DNA of 64,000 nucleotides from Planctomycetota bacterium (GTDB lineage Bacteria; Planctomycetota; UBA11346), in NCBI GenBank assembly GCA_044338255.1, contig JBIILZ010000004.1:3808-67807 (forward strand). Reading direction: 5' to 3'. The notes under the pieces are model-generated. The model searched no databases and was not told where the DNA came from. It was given only the letters and a program-made list of their open reading frames with translations. How positions within the stretch are numbered: the first letter of the stretch is position 1; each line of letters starts with the position of its first letter. Below, one piece after another: positions 30,095-39,289 of this stretch. The position numbers were made by a program, and so were the translations under genes.

Positions 30095-30948
30095 GCGTCT
30101 TGTGTCTGGGAAAATTCGACGCCCTGCATCGCGGTCATCGGGCCCTGGCAGAGCGCGCGGCAGCCCATGGCGGGCCGGTGCAGCTGCTGAGTTTTGCAGG
30201 CATGGCCAAGATCCTCGGCTGGCAGCCGCGACTACCGCTGACGGCGCCGCTCGATCGGACGCGCATCCTGGCGACCTGGCCGGGTACGCCGGGTGAGCTC
30301 GACCTGCCCTTTGCCGACATCCAGCCGCTCGATGCCCTGGGTTTCATCCGTCTGCTGCAATCCCGCCTCGGTGCCACCGCCGTGGTCGTGGGCGAGAACT
30401 TCCGTGGTGGTCGCGGCCGTCAGGCCGATGTCGCGGCCTTCACCCGCGCCGGGGTCGAGGCGGGTCTAACGGTGCTGGCGGTGAGCCAGATCGCCGATGC
30501 CGAGGGCCCAGTGTCGAGTACCCGCGTGCGTAGCGCCCTGGACGCCGGCGACGTGATCGCGGTCGAGGCCCTGCTTGGCCGCCGCCATCGACTGCTCGGG
30601 CGGGTCGTCCGTGGCGACGGCCGGGGTCGGCAGATCGGCATCCCCACTGCCAATCTCGGCGAGCGTGCTAATCAGGAGCCCGGTACCGGGGTCTACGCCG
30701 CCTGGGCGATCGTCGGCGGGCAGCGCTTGCCGGCGGTGGTCAATGTCGGCCGCGTACCGACCGCCGGCGAGGACCGGCCGTTGACCGTCGAAGCCCATCT
30801 GCTTGGCTGGCAGGGAGATCTCTACGAGGCTCCGCTGGCCCTCGAATTCGTCGCGCGTTTGCGCGCTGAACGGCGCTTTTCCGGGTTCTCGGAACTGGTC
30901 GCGCAGATCCATCTCGATATCGCCAACGCGGCGACATTCCTCGGCTGA
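30091..30948 (+). CDS. ribF: Bifunctional riboflavin kinase / FAD synthetase
   Basis: LGKFDALHRGH is the nucleotidyltransferase motif. The C-terminal riboflavin kinase part has GRGRQIGIPTANL and VEAHLL. Confidence 0.85.
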   Translation: MSVLCLGKFDALHRGHRALAERAAAHGGPVQLLSFAGMAKILGWQPRLPLTAPLDRTRILATWPGTPGELDLPFADIQPLDALGFIRLLQSRLGATAVVVGENFRGGRGRQADVAAFTRAGVEAGLTVLAVSQIADAEGPVSSTRVRSALDAGDVIAVEALLGRRHRLLGRVVRGDGRGRQIGIPTANLGERANQEPGTGVYAAWAIVGGQRLPAVVNVGRVPTAGEDRPLTVEAHLLGWQGDLYEAPLALEFVARLRAERRFSGFSELVAQIHLDIANAATFLG

Positions 30949-31001
30949 GGTCGACGCCATCGCAGGTGGCAATGAGGACAAGCGGCTTAGAGTCAGTCGC
31001 G

Positions 31002-32075
31002 ATGACTGACTCTGTTACGGCGGTGCGCGCCGCCTTGTCGCTGGTGCAGGATCCTGACCTGCACCAGGACCTGGTGACCCTCAACATGATCCGCAATCTG
31101 CGCATCGAGGACGGCATCGCCCGCTTCGATCTGGTGCTCACCACCGGTGCCTGTCCGGTGAAGCAGCAGCTTGAGGACCAGTGCCGGGCGGCGGCGCTCT
31201 CGGTGGCTGGCGTGACCCGCGCCGAGATCGCAGTCAGTGCCGAGGTCCCCAAGGGCGCCGACGGCAAGAACGTCCTCCCCGGCGTGCGTAAGCTGATCGG
31301 CGTGGGCTCGGGCAAGGGCGGCGTCGGCAAGAGCACTGTCACCGTCAATCTCGCCCTGGCCCTGGCCAAGACCGGTGCCCGCGTCGGCATCCTCGATGCC
31401 GACATCTATGGGCCTTCGATCCCGACCATGATGGGCGTCAATCGCCAGCCGACGGTGGTCGAGCGCAAGCTGGTCCCGGTCGAGGCTCACGGCATCAAGC
31501 TTATCTCTATCGGTTTCCTCATCGAGGAGCGGCAGGCGATCGTGTGGCGTGGGCCGATGCTGGTCGGGGCCTTGAAGCAGTTCCTCTCCGACGTCGCCTG
31601 GGGCGAGCTTGATTACCTGCTCGTCGATCTGCCGCCCGGCACCGGTGATGTGCAGCTGACTCTGGCCCAGAACGCGCCCTTGGCGGGCGTGGTCATCGTC
31701 TCCACGCCGCAGGCGGTGGCCTTGGCGGATGTCCGCCGCTCGGTGTCGATGTTCGAGAAAGTCGGGGTCAAGGTTTTCGGCGTGGTCGAGAACATGAGCG
31801 AGTTCGTGTGTCCGCGCTGCGGCCATGTCGAGCCGATCTTCGGCGTCGGCGGCGCCGAGCGCGAGGCCGCCGCCATGCACTTGCCCTTCCTCGGCCGCGT
31901 GCCCCTGGAGATCGGCGTGCGCGAGGCCGGTGATGCCGGCACGCCGGTGATCATCGCCCATCCCGATTCGGTCTCGTCACGGGCCTTCGTGGCCATCGCC
32001 GAGCGCGTCGCGCAACGAGTCTCGATCGCCGCGCTCACCGCTTCGTCAGCGACCGCCGTACCTGCTTCACCCTAG
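31002..32075 (+). CDS. apbC: Mrp/ApbC/NBP35-family Fe-S cluster carrier ATPase
   Basis: The N-terminal part is DUF59-like (LSLVQDPDLHQDLVTLNMI). The deviant Walker A is GSGKGGVGKSTV. The CPRCG motif is present. An alternative GTG start exists at 30966. Confidence 0.9.
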   Translation: MTDSVTAVRAALSLVQDPDLHQDLVTLNMIRNLRIEDGIARFDLVLTTGACPVKQQLEDQCRAAALSVAGVTRAEIAVSAEVPKGADGKNVLPGVRKLIGVGSGKGGVGKSTVTVNLALALAKTGARVGILDADIYGPSIPTMMGVNRQPTVVERKLVPVEAHGIKLISIGFLIEERQAIVWRGPMLVGALKQFLSDVAWGELDYLLVDLPPGTGDVQLTLAQNAPLAGVVIVSTPQAVALADVRRSVSMFEKVGVKVFGVVENMSEFVCPRCGHVEPIFGVGGAEREAAAMHLPFLGRVPLEIGVREAGDAGTPVIIAHPDSVSSRAFVAIAERVAQRVSIAALTASSATAVPASP

Positions 32076-32076
32076 G

Positions 32077-32946
32077 ATGACCATGACCATCACCGCCATC
32101 ACCGATCATGAGCTGCCCGTACTGCGCATCGCCAACGAGCTCGGCGAAGCCCTGATCCATCTGCATGGGGCGCACCTCGTGCACTTCCAGCCGCGCGGCC
32201 ATCAGCCGGTGCTGTGGATGAGCGGCTCAAGTTATTTCGTCGACGGCAAGCCGATCCGTGGCGGGGTGCCGGTGTGCGGTCCGTGGTTCGGTCCGCATGC
32301 CACGGTCGCGACCCTGCCTGCGCACGGCCTGCTGCGTCAGCGCCGCTGGAGCCAGCTCAGCAGCCGCGAGCTCGCCGATGGGCGGACCGAGGTGGTCTTG
32401 TCGCTGACTAGCGACGCCGCCATGCACGCGCTCTGGCCGCATCCGTTCGCCGCCACCTTGAGCGTGGTGGTCGGGGCCTCGTTGACCATGGAACTGTCGC
32501 TGCGCAATACCGGCGTGGCGCCGTTCCTGCTCGGCGAAGCGCTGCATACCTATTTCAGCGTTTCGGATGTGCGCACCATCCGCCTCACCGGCCTCGCCGG
32601 CGTGACCTTCCTCGACAAGGTCGACGGCGGTGCGCGCAAGGTGCAGGGTCCCGAACCCTTGGCGATCAGCGCTCAGACCGATCGCGTTTATCTCTCTGCC
32701 AACGATACCGTGGTCATCGATGATCCGGGCCTAGCGCGGACCATCACCGTCAGCAAATCCGGTAGCGGCGCGACCGTGGTGTGGAATCCGTGGATCGAAA
32801 AAGCCCAGGCGATGGTCGATTTCGGCGATGATGAATGGCCAGCTATGGTCTGCGTCGAAGCCGCCAACACCGCTGACAGCACGGTCGTGGTGCCGCCGGC
32901 CTTCACCCATCACCTGACCCAGGTGATCAGCGTCGCCCGTCGCTGA
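32077..32946 (+). CDS. D-hexose-6-phosphate mutarotase (aldose 1-epimerase family, YeaD-like)
   Basis: IRGGVPVCGPWFGPH...LPAHGLLR matches the YeaD-type glucose-6-P 1-epimerase core. Later VVWNPW is also typical. Confidence 0.8.
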   Translation: MTMTITAITDHELPVLRIANELGEALIHLHGAHLVHFQPRGHQPVLWMSGSSYFVDGKPIRGGVPVCGPWFGPHATVATLPAHGLLRQRRWSQLSSRELADGRTEVVLSLTSDAAMHALWPHPFAATLSVVVGASLTMELSLRNTGVAPFLLGEALHTYFSVSDVRTIRLTGLAGVTFLDKVDGGARKVQGPEPLAISAQTDRVYLSANDTVVIDDPGLARTITVSKSGSGATVVWNPWIEKAQAMVDFGDDEWPAMVCVEAANTADSTVVVPPAFTHHLTQVISVARR

Positions 32947-32947
32947 G

Positions 32948-33673
32948 ATGCGGCTGTTGTTGCTGCGAGTGGTGTTGCTGCGAGTGGTGTTGCTGCGAGT
33001 GGTGTTGCTGCGAGGGGTCCCGCTGCTGTGCGTGCTGCTGCTGGCCTGCGGATGCTCGTCGGTGGTTCGCACCATGCCTCCGCCGGGTCTCACGCCGGCG
33101 CATCAACTGACGGTGTTCACCGATGGTTTCCACAGCGGCGTGGTCCTCGACAAGGCGGCGCTGCCGGTGACCCTCGACCCGCAAGGTGGCGATGAGCCGG
33201 CCTCGTGGCCGCAGCAGACCCTACATTTCGGCGAGTTGAAATGGACCGCGGGCTACGACAACTCCATGTGGCATGCCCTCGGCCTGGTCATCATTCCCGG
33301 TGAGGGCGTGGTGCAGTCGGATCATACCCGCCCCGGTCTGGTCGATGTCCCCGGCCTCGAACTCGGCAAGCTGCGGATGTGGAATTTTCCGGTGAATCAG
33401 GAGGGCATGGATGCGGTGGTGGTCAATCTCAAAAAGAATTGGTTCGAAGGCGAGATCATGCCCCGAGAGATCGGTACGCCCTCGACGTTGTACCCGGCCC
33501 AACACACATGGTCGGTCTATCACAATTGCCATGACTTCACCCTCGACCTGTTGCGCTCGGCCGGGCTCGATCTCTATCCGCGGTGGCTGTATCTCGCTGG
33601 CGGAATGACCACCGACCTCGACGAAGCCCAGAGTGAGATGGCTCGCGCTGGGGTCACCGTCATCGGGAAATGA
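32948..33673 (+). CDS. DUF2459-like lipoprotein
   Basis: The lipobox is LLLACGC. FTDGFHSGVVL and YHNCHDFT resemble the DUF2459/TIGR02117 family. The true start may be an internal GTG near 32995-33000 (see the 15-bp repeat). Confidence 0.55.
   Translation: MRLLLLRVVLLRVVLLRVVLLRGVPLLCVLLLACGCSSVVRTMPPPGLTPAHQLTVFTDGFHSGVVLDKAALPVTLDPQGGDEPASWPQQTLHFGELKWTAGYDNSMWHALGLVIIPGEGVVQSDHTRPGLVDVPGLELGKLRMWNFPVNQEGMDAVVVNLKKNWFEGEIMPREIGTPSTLYPAQHTWSVYHNCHDFTLDLLRSAGLDLYPRWLYLAGGMTTDLDEAQSEMARAGVTVIGK
32959..33018. repeat. 15-bp tandem repeat GTTGCTGCGAGTGGT, 4 copies
   Basis: Three exact copies and one copy with a 1-nt change, directly after the mutarotase stop. It encodes (LLRVV)n if the annotated ATG at 32948 is used. 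Confidence 0.9.
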
Positions 33674-33701
33674 TTGGGGAAGGCAGCTGCCAGCTTTCAG
33701 C

Positions 33702-33838
33702 CGTCAGGGGCCAGTGACCAGGGGCCAGTGGCCAGGGACCAGGGACCAGGGACCAGAGACCAGAGGCCAGAGGCCGGGGACCAGAGGCCAGGGACCAGGG
33801 GCCAGGGGCCAGCGACCAGCGACCAGCCCCCAATCACC
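33702..33838. repeat. Heptanucleotide tandem array B: about 19 units of CCAGRGR (reverse orientation of array A)
   Basis: ccagtga ccagggg ccagtgg ccaggga ccaggga ccaggga ccagaga ccagagg ... It lies between the convergent DUF2459 gene (stop 33673) and glyQS (stop 33844). Confidence 0.95.
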
Positions 33839-33843
33839 GGGTC

Positions 33844-35586
33844 TCAGCCCTCGATGCGCGTGCGTACCTGTGCCACCGCCTCGGCGATGGGGATGCGGAC
33901 CTGCTCGGTAGTGTCGCGGTCACGGATGGTGACCTGGCCATCGGTGAGCGAATCGTAGTCGATGGTGATGCACAACGGGGTGCCGATCTCATCGTGCTTG
34001 GCGTAGCGTTTGCCGATCGCGCCCTTGTCGTCGTATTTGGCATTGATGCCGGCCTGCAGCAGGGCGGCGATAATCTCGCGGGCCTTTTCCGGGAGGCCGT
34101 CCTTCTTCATCAACGGCAGCACCGCGCATTTGATCGGGGCGAGCTTGGGGTGCAGCTTGAGCACCGTGCGCGTGACCGGCTTGCCGTCCTTGTCCTTGCG
34201 CTCCTCCTCGTGGTAGGCATCGAGCAGGAAGCACAGCAGGGCGCGGGTGGCACCGGCGGCAGGCTCGATGACATAGGGCAGGTAGCGCCAGGGTTTGGCG
34301 CCGGTCTTGGGATTGACGTTGTCGACGTCGATGTACTCAAGGTTTTCGCCGGACGCATCCTGATGCGCATGCAGGTCGTGGTCGGTTCGCGAGGCGATGC
34401 CTTCGAGCTCGCCCCAGCCCCAGGGGTATTCGTACTCGACGTCGAAGCACTGATCGGCGTAGTGCGCGAGTTCGTCCTTTTCGTGCGGGCGGAATTTGAA
34501 CTTCTGCGGATAGTTGGCGTAGCGCTGCCACCAGGCCATGCGCTGGGCCTTCCAGTAGTCCATCCACTCGCCCTGGGTCCCCGGTTCGCAGAAGAACTCC
34601 ATCTCCATCTGCTCGAATTCGCAGGAGCGGAAGATGAAGTGCTCGACGGTGACTTCATTGCGGAACGACTTGCCCATCTGGGCGATGCCGAACGGCGGCT
34701 TGAGGCTCATCGAGTTCATGACGTTCTTGAACTGCACGAACATCGCCTGTGCGGTTTCCGGACGCAGGTAGACCATGGCGGTGTTGGTGACCTGTTCGGC
34801 GACCGCCCGCAGCATCTTGGCGCGCTCGCCGGACTCGATGGCTTTTGCCAGGGCGCCGCTCTCGGCGAGTTTGCCGAAGTGGGCCTTGATGGCGGCGGTG
34901 AGATCGGGTTCGAGGGTCAGCTTGGCGGTGACCTCGGCCACGTCCTGCATCGGATCGACCGCACCGAGTGGGGTGCGGAACATCAGATTGAACTGCTTTT
35001 CAGCGGTCAAGAACGGGCAGCCGATCAACGGGCTGACATAGCCACGCCAAGCCCAGGTCTGCGTCGGCGCGGTCGCGCCCTTGGGGATGAAGCCGAACTC
35101 GGTGGCGCTCAGCGCGTGCAGGCCGGTGAGGACGTTGCCGTCGCGTTCGAGGGCGACGCCGAAGTTCTTCTCGATGATCTCGGCGTAGGTCTTGGCGATG
35201 CCCTTGTCGACGCAGGTGATCGGCAAGGCGCCGGGCACGCTCGGACGCGGGGCCTTGTCGGCGCGGAAGCGCTCCTTCGAGACCTGGCAATCCACCAGCG
35301 GATCGGCGAACCCGGCAGCATGGCCGGAGGCCCGCCAGACATTGGGGTGCATGATGATCGAGGCGTCGATGCCGACTACGTTTTCGCGCGTGGTGACCAT
35401 GTCCTTCCACCACTCGCCCATGAGGTTGCGCTTGAGCTCGGCGCCCAGCGGGCCGTAATCGTAGGCGCTCTTCAGGCCGCCGTAGATTTCCGAGGACTGG
35501 AACACGAAGCCGCGGTTCTTGCACAAGGCGACAAGTTTCTTCATCACGTCGGGAACAGCGTGCAGTGCAGGAGCGGATTCGGTCAT
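33844..35586 (-). CDS. glyQS: Glycine--tRNA ligase (dimeric class II type)
   Basis: Start at MTESAPALHAV (ATG 35586-35584). GFVFQSSEIYGGLKSAYDYGPLG, FRNEVTVEHFIFR and the C-terminal anticodon-binding domain are canonical GlyQS features. Confidence 0.95.
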   Translation of the reverse strand: MTESAPALHAVPDVMKKLVALCKNRGFVFQSSEIYGGLKSAYDYGPLGAELKRNLMGEWWKDMVTTRENVVGIDASIIMHPNVWRASGHAAGFADPLVDCQVSKERFRADKAPRPSVPGALPITCVDKGIAKTYAEIIEKNFGVALERDGNVLTGLHALSATEFGFIPKGATAPTQTWAWRGYVSPLIGCPFLTAEKQFNLMFRTPLGAVDPMQDVAEVTAKLTLEPDLTAAIKAHFGKLAESGALAKAIESGERAKMLRAVAEQVTNTAMVYLRPETAQAMFVQFKNVMNSMSLKPPFGIAQMGKSFRNEVTVEHFIFRSCEFEQMEMEFFCEPGTQGEWMDYWKAQRMAWWQRYANYPQKFKFRPHEKDELAHYADQCFDVEYEYPWGWGELEGIASRTDHDLHAHQDASGENLEYIDVDNVNPKTGAKPWRYLPYVIEPAAGATRALLCFLLDAYHEEERKDKDGKPVTRTVLKLHPKLAPIKCAVLPLMKKDGLPEKAREIIAALLQAGINAKYDDKGAIGKRYAKHDEIGTPLCITIDYDSLTDGQVTIRDRDTTEQVRIPIAEAVAQVRTRIEG

Positions 35587-35797
35587 GGTCACCTCGAAGG
35601 GGGGTGCGCAGGGTAGATCGCGGTCCGAGGCAGTCCAGTGATGGGCGGGCTTTCCGGCTCGGTAAAATCCCTGCATGCGGAACCACCGCCCGGTTGTCGT
35701 CAGTCACCCCCGGGATGCCGGGGTCTGATGCATGAAACCGTACGTAAGTGGTACCGCCGTCGCATCGGCAGACACGCGTTCCCGGGGTCGAGGCGCT

Positions 35798-36838
35798 CTA
35801 AGGGGCGAGGATGAATACCGGAGCGGCCCAGACGCCGGCGGCGGCGGCGGCAGTCATGATCCGGGCACGGGCGGCGACGTCGCGGGTGCGGGCGGTACTC
35901 GCGGCGACGGTGACGCCGACGGCATGCAGCGGGGCAGTGGCGAAGGTGCTCGCCAGCACGGTGCGCAGGGCCGCGTCATCGAGGACCTTGCCGCCAGCGG
36001 ACAAACTGCCGCCCGCGGACAAGCTGCCATCGGCGGCCAGGGCCACGGTCAGCGGCAGGGTCGCGACACCGATGACCAGTTGCACCGGCGTGCCGGCGGG
36101 CGGACAGGCGCCGCTGTAGGCTTCGAAGCGTTGATCAAAGTTGGCTCCGGGAAACGGACTGGCGAGCAAGGCATCGGGCTCGTCGAAGACCACCGCCACC
36201 GAGCGCGTGGCATCGAGCATGAAGATCTCGCGGGCCTGGGCTTTGCCATCGGCGCCATTGGTGTACACGGTCTGGAAGCGGCTGCCGACATAGACGAAGG
36301 GCAGGGCCGGATAGGGCTGATCGACGACCCGGTCACGGATCAGGGAACTGGCGGGAATCTCCAGCCATTGCTTGGCGGCATTCTGCCAGCGCACGGTGAG
36401 CGTCACCGGCGTGCCGCGAGCGGGATGGCCGCTGCCTTCATCGGCGGGCTGGCCATCGCCGAGGCCGAGGGCGGCGATGCTCGCGGCCTTCACCAGTTGG
36501 CCGAGCGTGGTCTCGAGGCGGATGAGGGCCTCATGGCTTTTGCCGTCCTTTAGGCAGGCCAGCACTTCTAAGCCATCGACGGGACCCTGGTCCATATTGA
36601 TGGCCCCGGCCAGGACCACGCATTTACCTTTGACGATCTGCACCCCGGGGGCGAGCTCTTCGAGAGTCCCCAGATCGGCCGCGGGTTGGACCACGGGCTT
36701 GGGGAGTTGCGGAAAGCCATGCAGGAGATCGCGGGTCGCCTCGGGCAGGACCTTGGGGCTGGGTGGCGCATCGTGCTCAGCCGCCTGGACGCAGACGGTT
36801 GCCAGCGCCACACTCAGGAGCGCGATGCGCCAGGACAT
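35798..36838 (-). CDS. Secreted hypothetical protein
   Basis: The signal peptide is MSWRIALLSVALATVCVQAAE. The start codon shares one base with the stop of the upstream DUF1611 gene (TGATG). There is an internal 15-bp duplication (GGSLSAGGSLSAGG). Confidence 0.5.
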   Translation of the reverse strand: MSWRIALLSVALATVCVQAAEHDAPPSPKVLPEATRDLLHGFPQLPKPVVQPAADLGTLEELAPGVQIVKGKCVVLAGAINMDQGPVDGLEVLACLKDGKSHEALIRLETTLGQLVKAASIAALGLGDGQPADEGSGHPARGTPVTLTVRWQNAAKQWLEIPASSLIRDRVVDQPYPALPFVYVGSRFQTVYTNGADGKAQAREIFMLDATRSVAVVFDEPDALLASPFPGANFDQRFEAYSGACPPAGTPVQLVIGVATLPLTVALAADGSLSAGGSLSAGGKVLDDAALRTVLASTFATAPLHAVGVTVAASTARTRDVAARARIMTAAAAAGVWAAPVFILAP

Positions 36839-38109
36839 CAGCGGGATCCTTTGGTGAGCGCTTTAACGGCCTTTTTGGGCGCGGTTTTTTCCTTTTTTTT
36901 CAGGCTTTTTTCGATGCTGGTTATCTTGGCCGGGCTTTTCCTGTTCAGACTTTTCTTGGTCGGGCTTTTCGCTTTGATCGTCACCGCGGGCTTGGCGCTG
37001 GTCTTGCGCTGGGCGCGTTTGGCGGCGCGGGCCGCGAGCACCGCGTCGGCCAGACGCTTGCAGCCGTCGGCACCTTCGCGGATGACGTCGGCCACCGGCA
37101 GACCGGTCTCTTTGTTGGCGGCGGCGATAGCAGCCGCCGCTTCATCATCGGTCAGTTCGAGGGTGTTGAGGGCAATGCCCACGACCTTGCCAGGATGCAC
37201 CGGGGCCAGCACGCGCTCATAGAGATCAATGTAGGTGGCCAAAGGCGGGACCGGCGCATCGGTGTGCCGCAACAGCGTCCGGCGCGGATTATGGCAGAGG
37301 ATCATGGCATCCGGGCAGGAGCCGTGCACCAAGCTCATGGCCGTGCCGCTATAGCACGGCGAGAGGATCGAATTCTGGCCCTCGATCAGCAGCACGTCGT
37401 GACCGCGATCATTCGACAGTACCAACTGCTCGACCATGCCGCCGGTGAAATCGGAGATCATCCGATCGACCGCCACGCCCCGGCCGGTGATGAGGATGCC
37501 ATCCTGGCTGGTCGAGACGAAACGCGCCGCGACGTGGTATTTTTTGACGCTGTTGAGGTAGCGTTCGAGCATCAGGGCGACGGTGGTCTTGCCAATGTTG
37601 GCATCGGTGCCCACGGTCAGCACGCGGAAGGCCTTGGTCGAACGCGCCTTGCCGGTCGAGACGATGCGATCATCGGGAGTCGCGCGGAGGTTGACGAGTT
37701 CGACCGCGTAGCGGGCTGCGAGCGAGACCAGGTTGGGGTCGCCGTTGACGCTTTCGTGCAGGCCGCTGATGATCCCGATACGGTTGCGGATGGCCTCGTA
37801 GATCAGCGGTCGGATCGAATCCGGCAGCGAACCACCGGGGGTGTTGACGCCGATGACTAGCCACTCGACGCCGAGATCGAGGACTTCGCGGATCGTGCTC
37901 ACCACCGGAATGTTCGTGTCGATGCCGGGCATCGACGAGAGATCGGTGCCGACATGCTTGGAGTCAAGCACGCACCGCACATCTTCTGGGCGGAAGCGCA
38001 AAAGGCCCATGGCGGTCTTGTTGCGATAGATGTCGCAGGTGCCTTCGGTAAGCACCGCCAGCTTGCGGTAGATGGGGTGAGTGGGGCGATAGGTGTGGAG
38101 TCCGGGCAT
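36838..38109 (-). CDS. DUF1611-family protein with a Lys/Ala/Pro-rich C-terminal tail
   Basis: VLTVGTDANIGKTTVAL is P-loop-like, and the overall pattern matches DUF1611. The last ~70 aa, AKRAQRKTSAKPAVTIKAKSPTKKSLNRKSPAK...KKKEKTAPKKAVKALTK, are histone-H1-like. Confidence 0.65.
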   Translation of the reverse strand: MPGLHTYRPTHPIYRKLAVLTEGTCDIYRNKTAMGLLRFRPEDVRCVLDSKHVGTDLSSMPGIDTNIPVVSTIREVLDLGVEWLVIGVNTPGGSLPDSIRPLIYEAIRNRIGIISGLHESVNGDPNLVSLAARYAVELVNLRATPDDRIVSTGKARSTKAFRVLTVGTDANIGKTTVALMLERYLNSVKKYHVAARFVSTSQDGILITGRGVAVDRMISDFTGGMVEQLVLSNDRGHDVLLIEGQNSILSPCYSGTAMSLVHGSCPDAMILCHNPRRTLLRHTDAPVPPLATYIDLYERVLAPVHPGKVVGIALNTLELTDDEAAAAIAAANKETGLPVADVIREGADGCKRLADAVLAARAAKRAQRKTSAKPAVTIKAKSPTKKSLNRKSPAKITSIEKSLKKKEKTAPKKAVKALTKGSR

Positions 38110-38167
38110 GCACGGAGACTAAGCGCCGGCTCCCCCCGATGCATGCTGAAAATCGCCCCTGGCCTCC

Positions 38168-39289
38168 TTAAAGATCGCGACCCACCGCTTCCGTTATGGA
38201 GCTCAGCCCGGCCTTGGCCAAGCAGGTCAGCAAGCCCTGATTGATATCGCGGACCAGCAGCGGGCCATGATAGATCAACGCCGAATAGACCTGTACCAAG
38301 CTGGCGCCGTGGGTGATTTTCTCCCAGGCGCTGGCGGGAGAATCGATGCCGCCGACGCCGATCACCGGCAGGGCCCGGCCTTGGGCGCGGATGCGCCGTG
38401 CGACGCGGGCGAGGACGTAGGTCGAGCGTTCGCGTACCGGCCGTCCGGACAGGCCACCGGCGCCGATGCCTGCCACCCGTGCCGGGTTTTCGGCGAGGCC
38501 GGTGCGCCCGATGGTGGTGTTGGTGGTGATCAGCCCATCACAGCCGGTCTCGAGGGCGACATCGACGGCGGCATCGATGCCGGCATCGCTGAGATCGGGG
38601 GCGATCTTGAGCAGCAACGGCGTGCCGGCGGCGGCGCGATCGACGCACGCGCGCACCCCGGCGAGCAGCGGCCGCAAGGCGGCTTCCGATTGCAGATCGC
38701 GCAGCCCGGGCGTGTTGGGGCTGGAGACGTTGACCACCAGATAGTCGGCATAGCGCCCGACGGCGCGGATCGAGGCTTCGTAATCGGCGAGGGCTTCAGC
38801 ATTGTCGACGATCTTCGATTTGCCGAGATTGATGCCGAGCACGCAGGGCGGACGGCGCGGACCGCCGACGGGCGAGAACTCCGCGGAGAGATTGGCCGCC
38901 AGCGTCTCCGCACCGCGGTTGTTGAAGCCCATGCGATTGATGATGGCTTCATCCTCGCGCAGGCGAAAGAGACGCGGCTGAGGATTACCGGGTTGCGCGC
39001 GGCCGGTGACGGTGCCGATCTCAAGATGCGAAAAGCCGACGGCGGCGAGGGCTTCGATGGCCACGCCGTTCTTGTCCAGGCCGGCGGCAAGGCCTACGGG
39101 ATTGCCGAAGCGTCGACCGAAGACCGTCTGGCTCAGGCGTGGATCGGCGACCTCCAGCCAGCTGCGCAGCTCACGGCAGAGACTCGGGCAGCGCGAACCC
39201 AGGCGCATGCTGGCGAGGGCCAGGTCATGGGCGTGCTCGGCATCCATGGCGAACAGGGCGGGACGGAAGACCGTGCGGTAGATGCTCAT
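38168..39289 (-). CDS. pyrD: Dihydroorotate dehydrogenase (quinone), class 2
   Basis: Start at MSIYRTVFRPALF (ATG 39289-39287). Motifs GLAAGLDKNG, GFNNRG, NLGKSK and NVSSPNTPGLR are present. Confidence 0.9.
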   Translation of the reverse strand: MSIYRTVFRPALFAMDAEHAHDLALASMRLGSRCPSLCRELRSWLEVADPRLSQTVFGRRFGNPVGLAAGLDKNGVAIEALAAVGFSHLEIGTVTGRAQPGNPQPRLFRLREDEAIINRMGFNNRGAETLAANLSAEFSPVGGPRRPPCVLGINLGKSKIVDNAEALADYEASIRAVGRYADYLVVNVSSPNTPGLRDLQSEAALRPLLAGVRACVDRAAAGTPLLLKIAPDLSDAGIDAAVDVALETGCDGLITTNTTIGRTGLAENPARVAGIGAGGLSGRPVRERSTYVLARVARRIRAQGRALPVIGVGGIDSPASAWEKITHGASLVQVYSALIYHGPLLVRDINQGLLTCLAKAGLSSITEAVGRDL

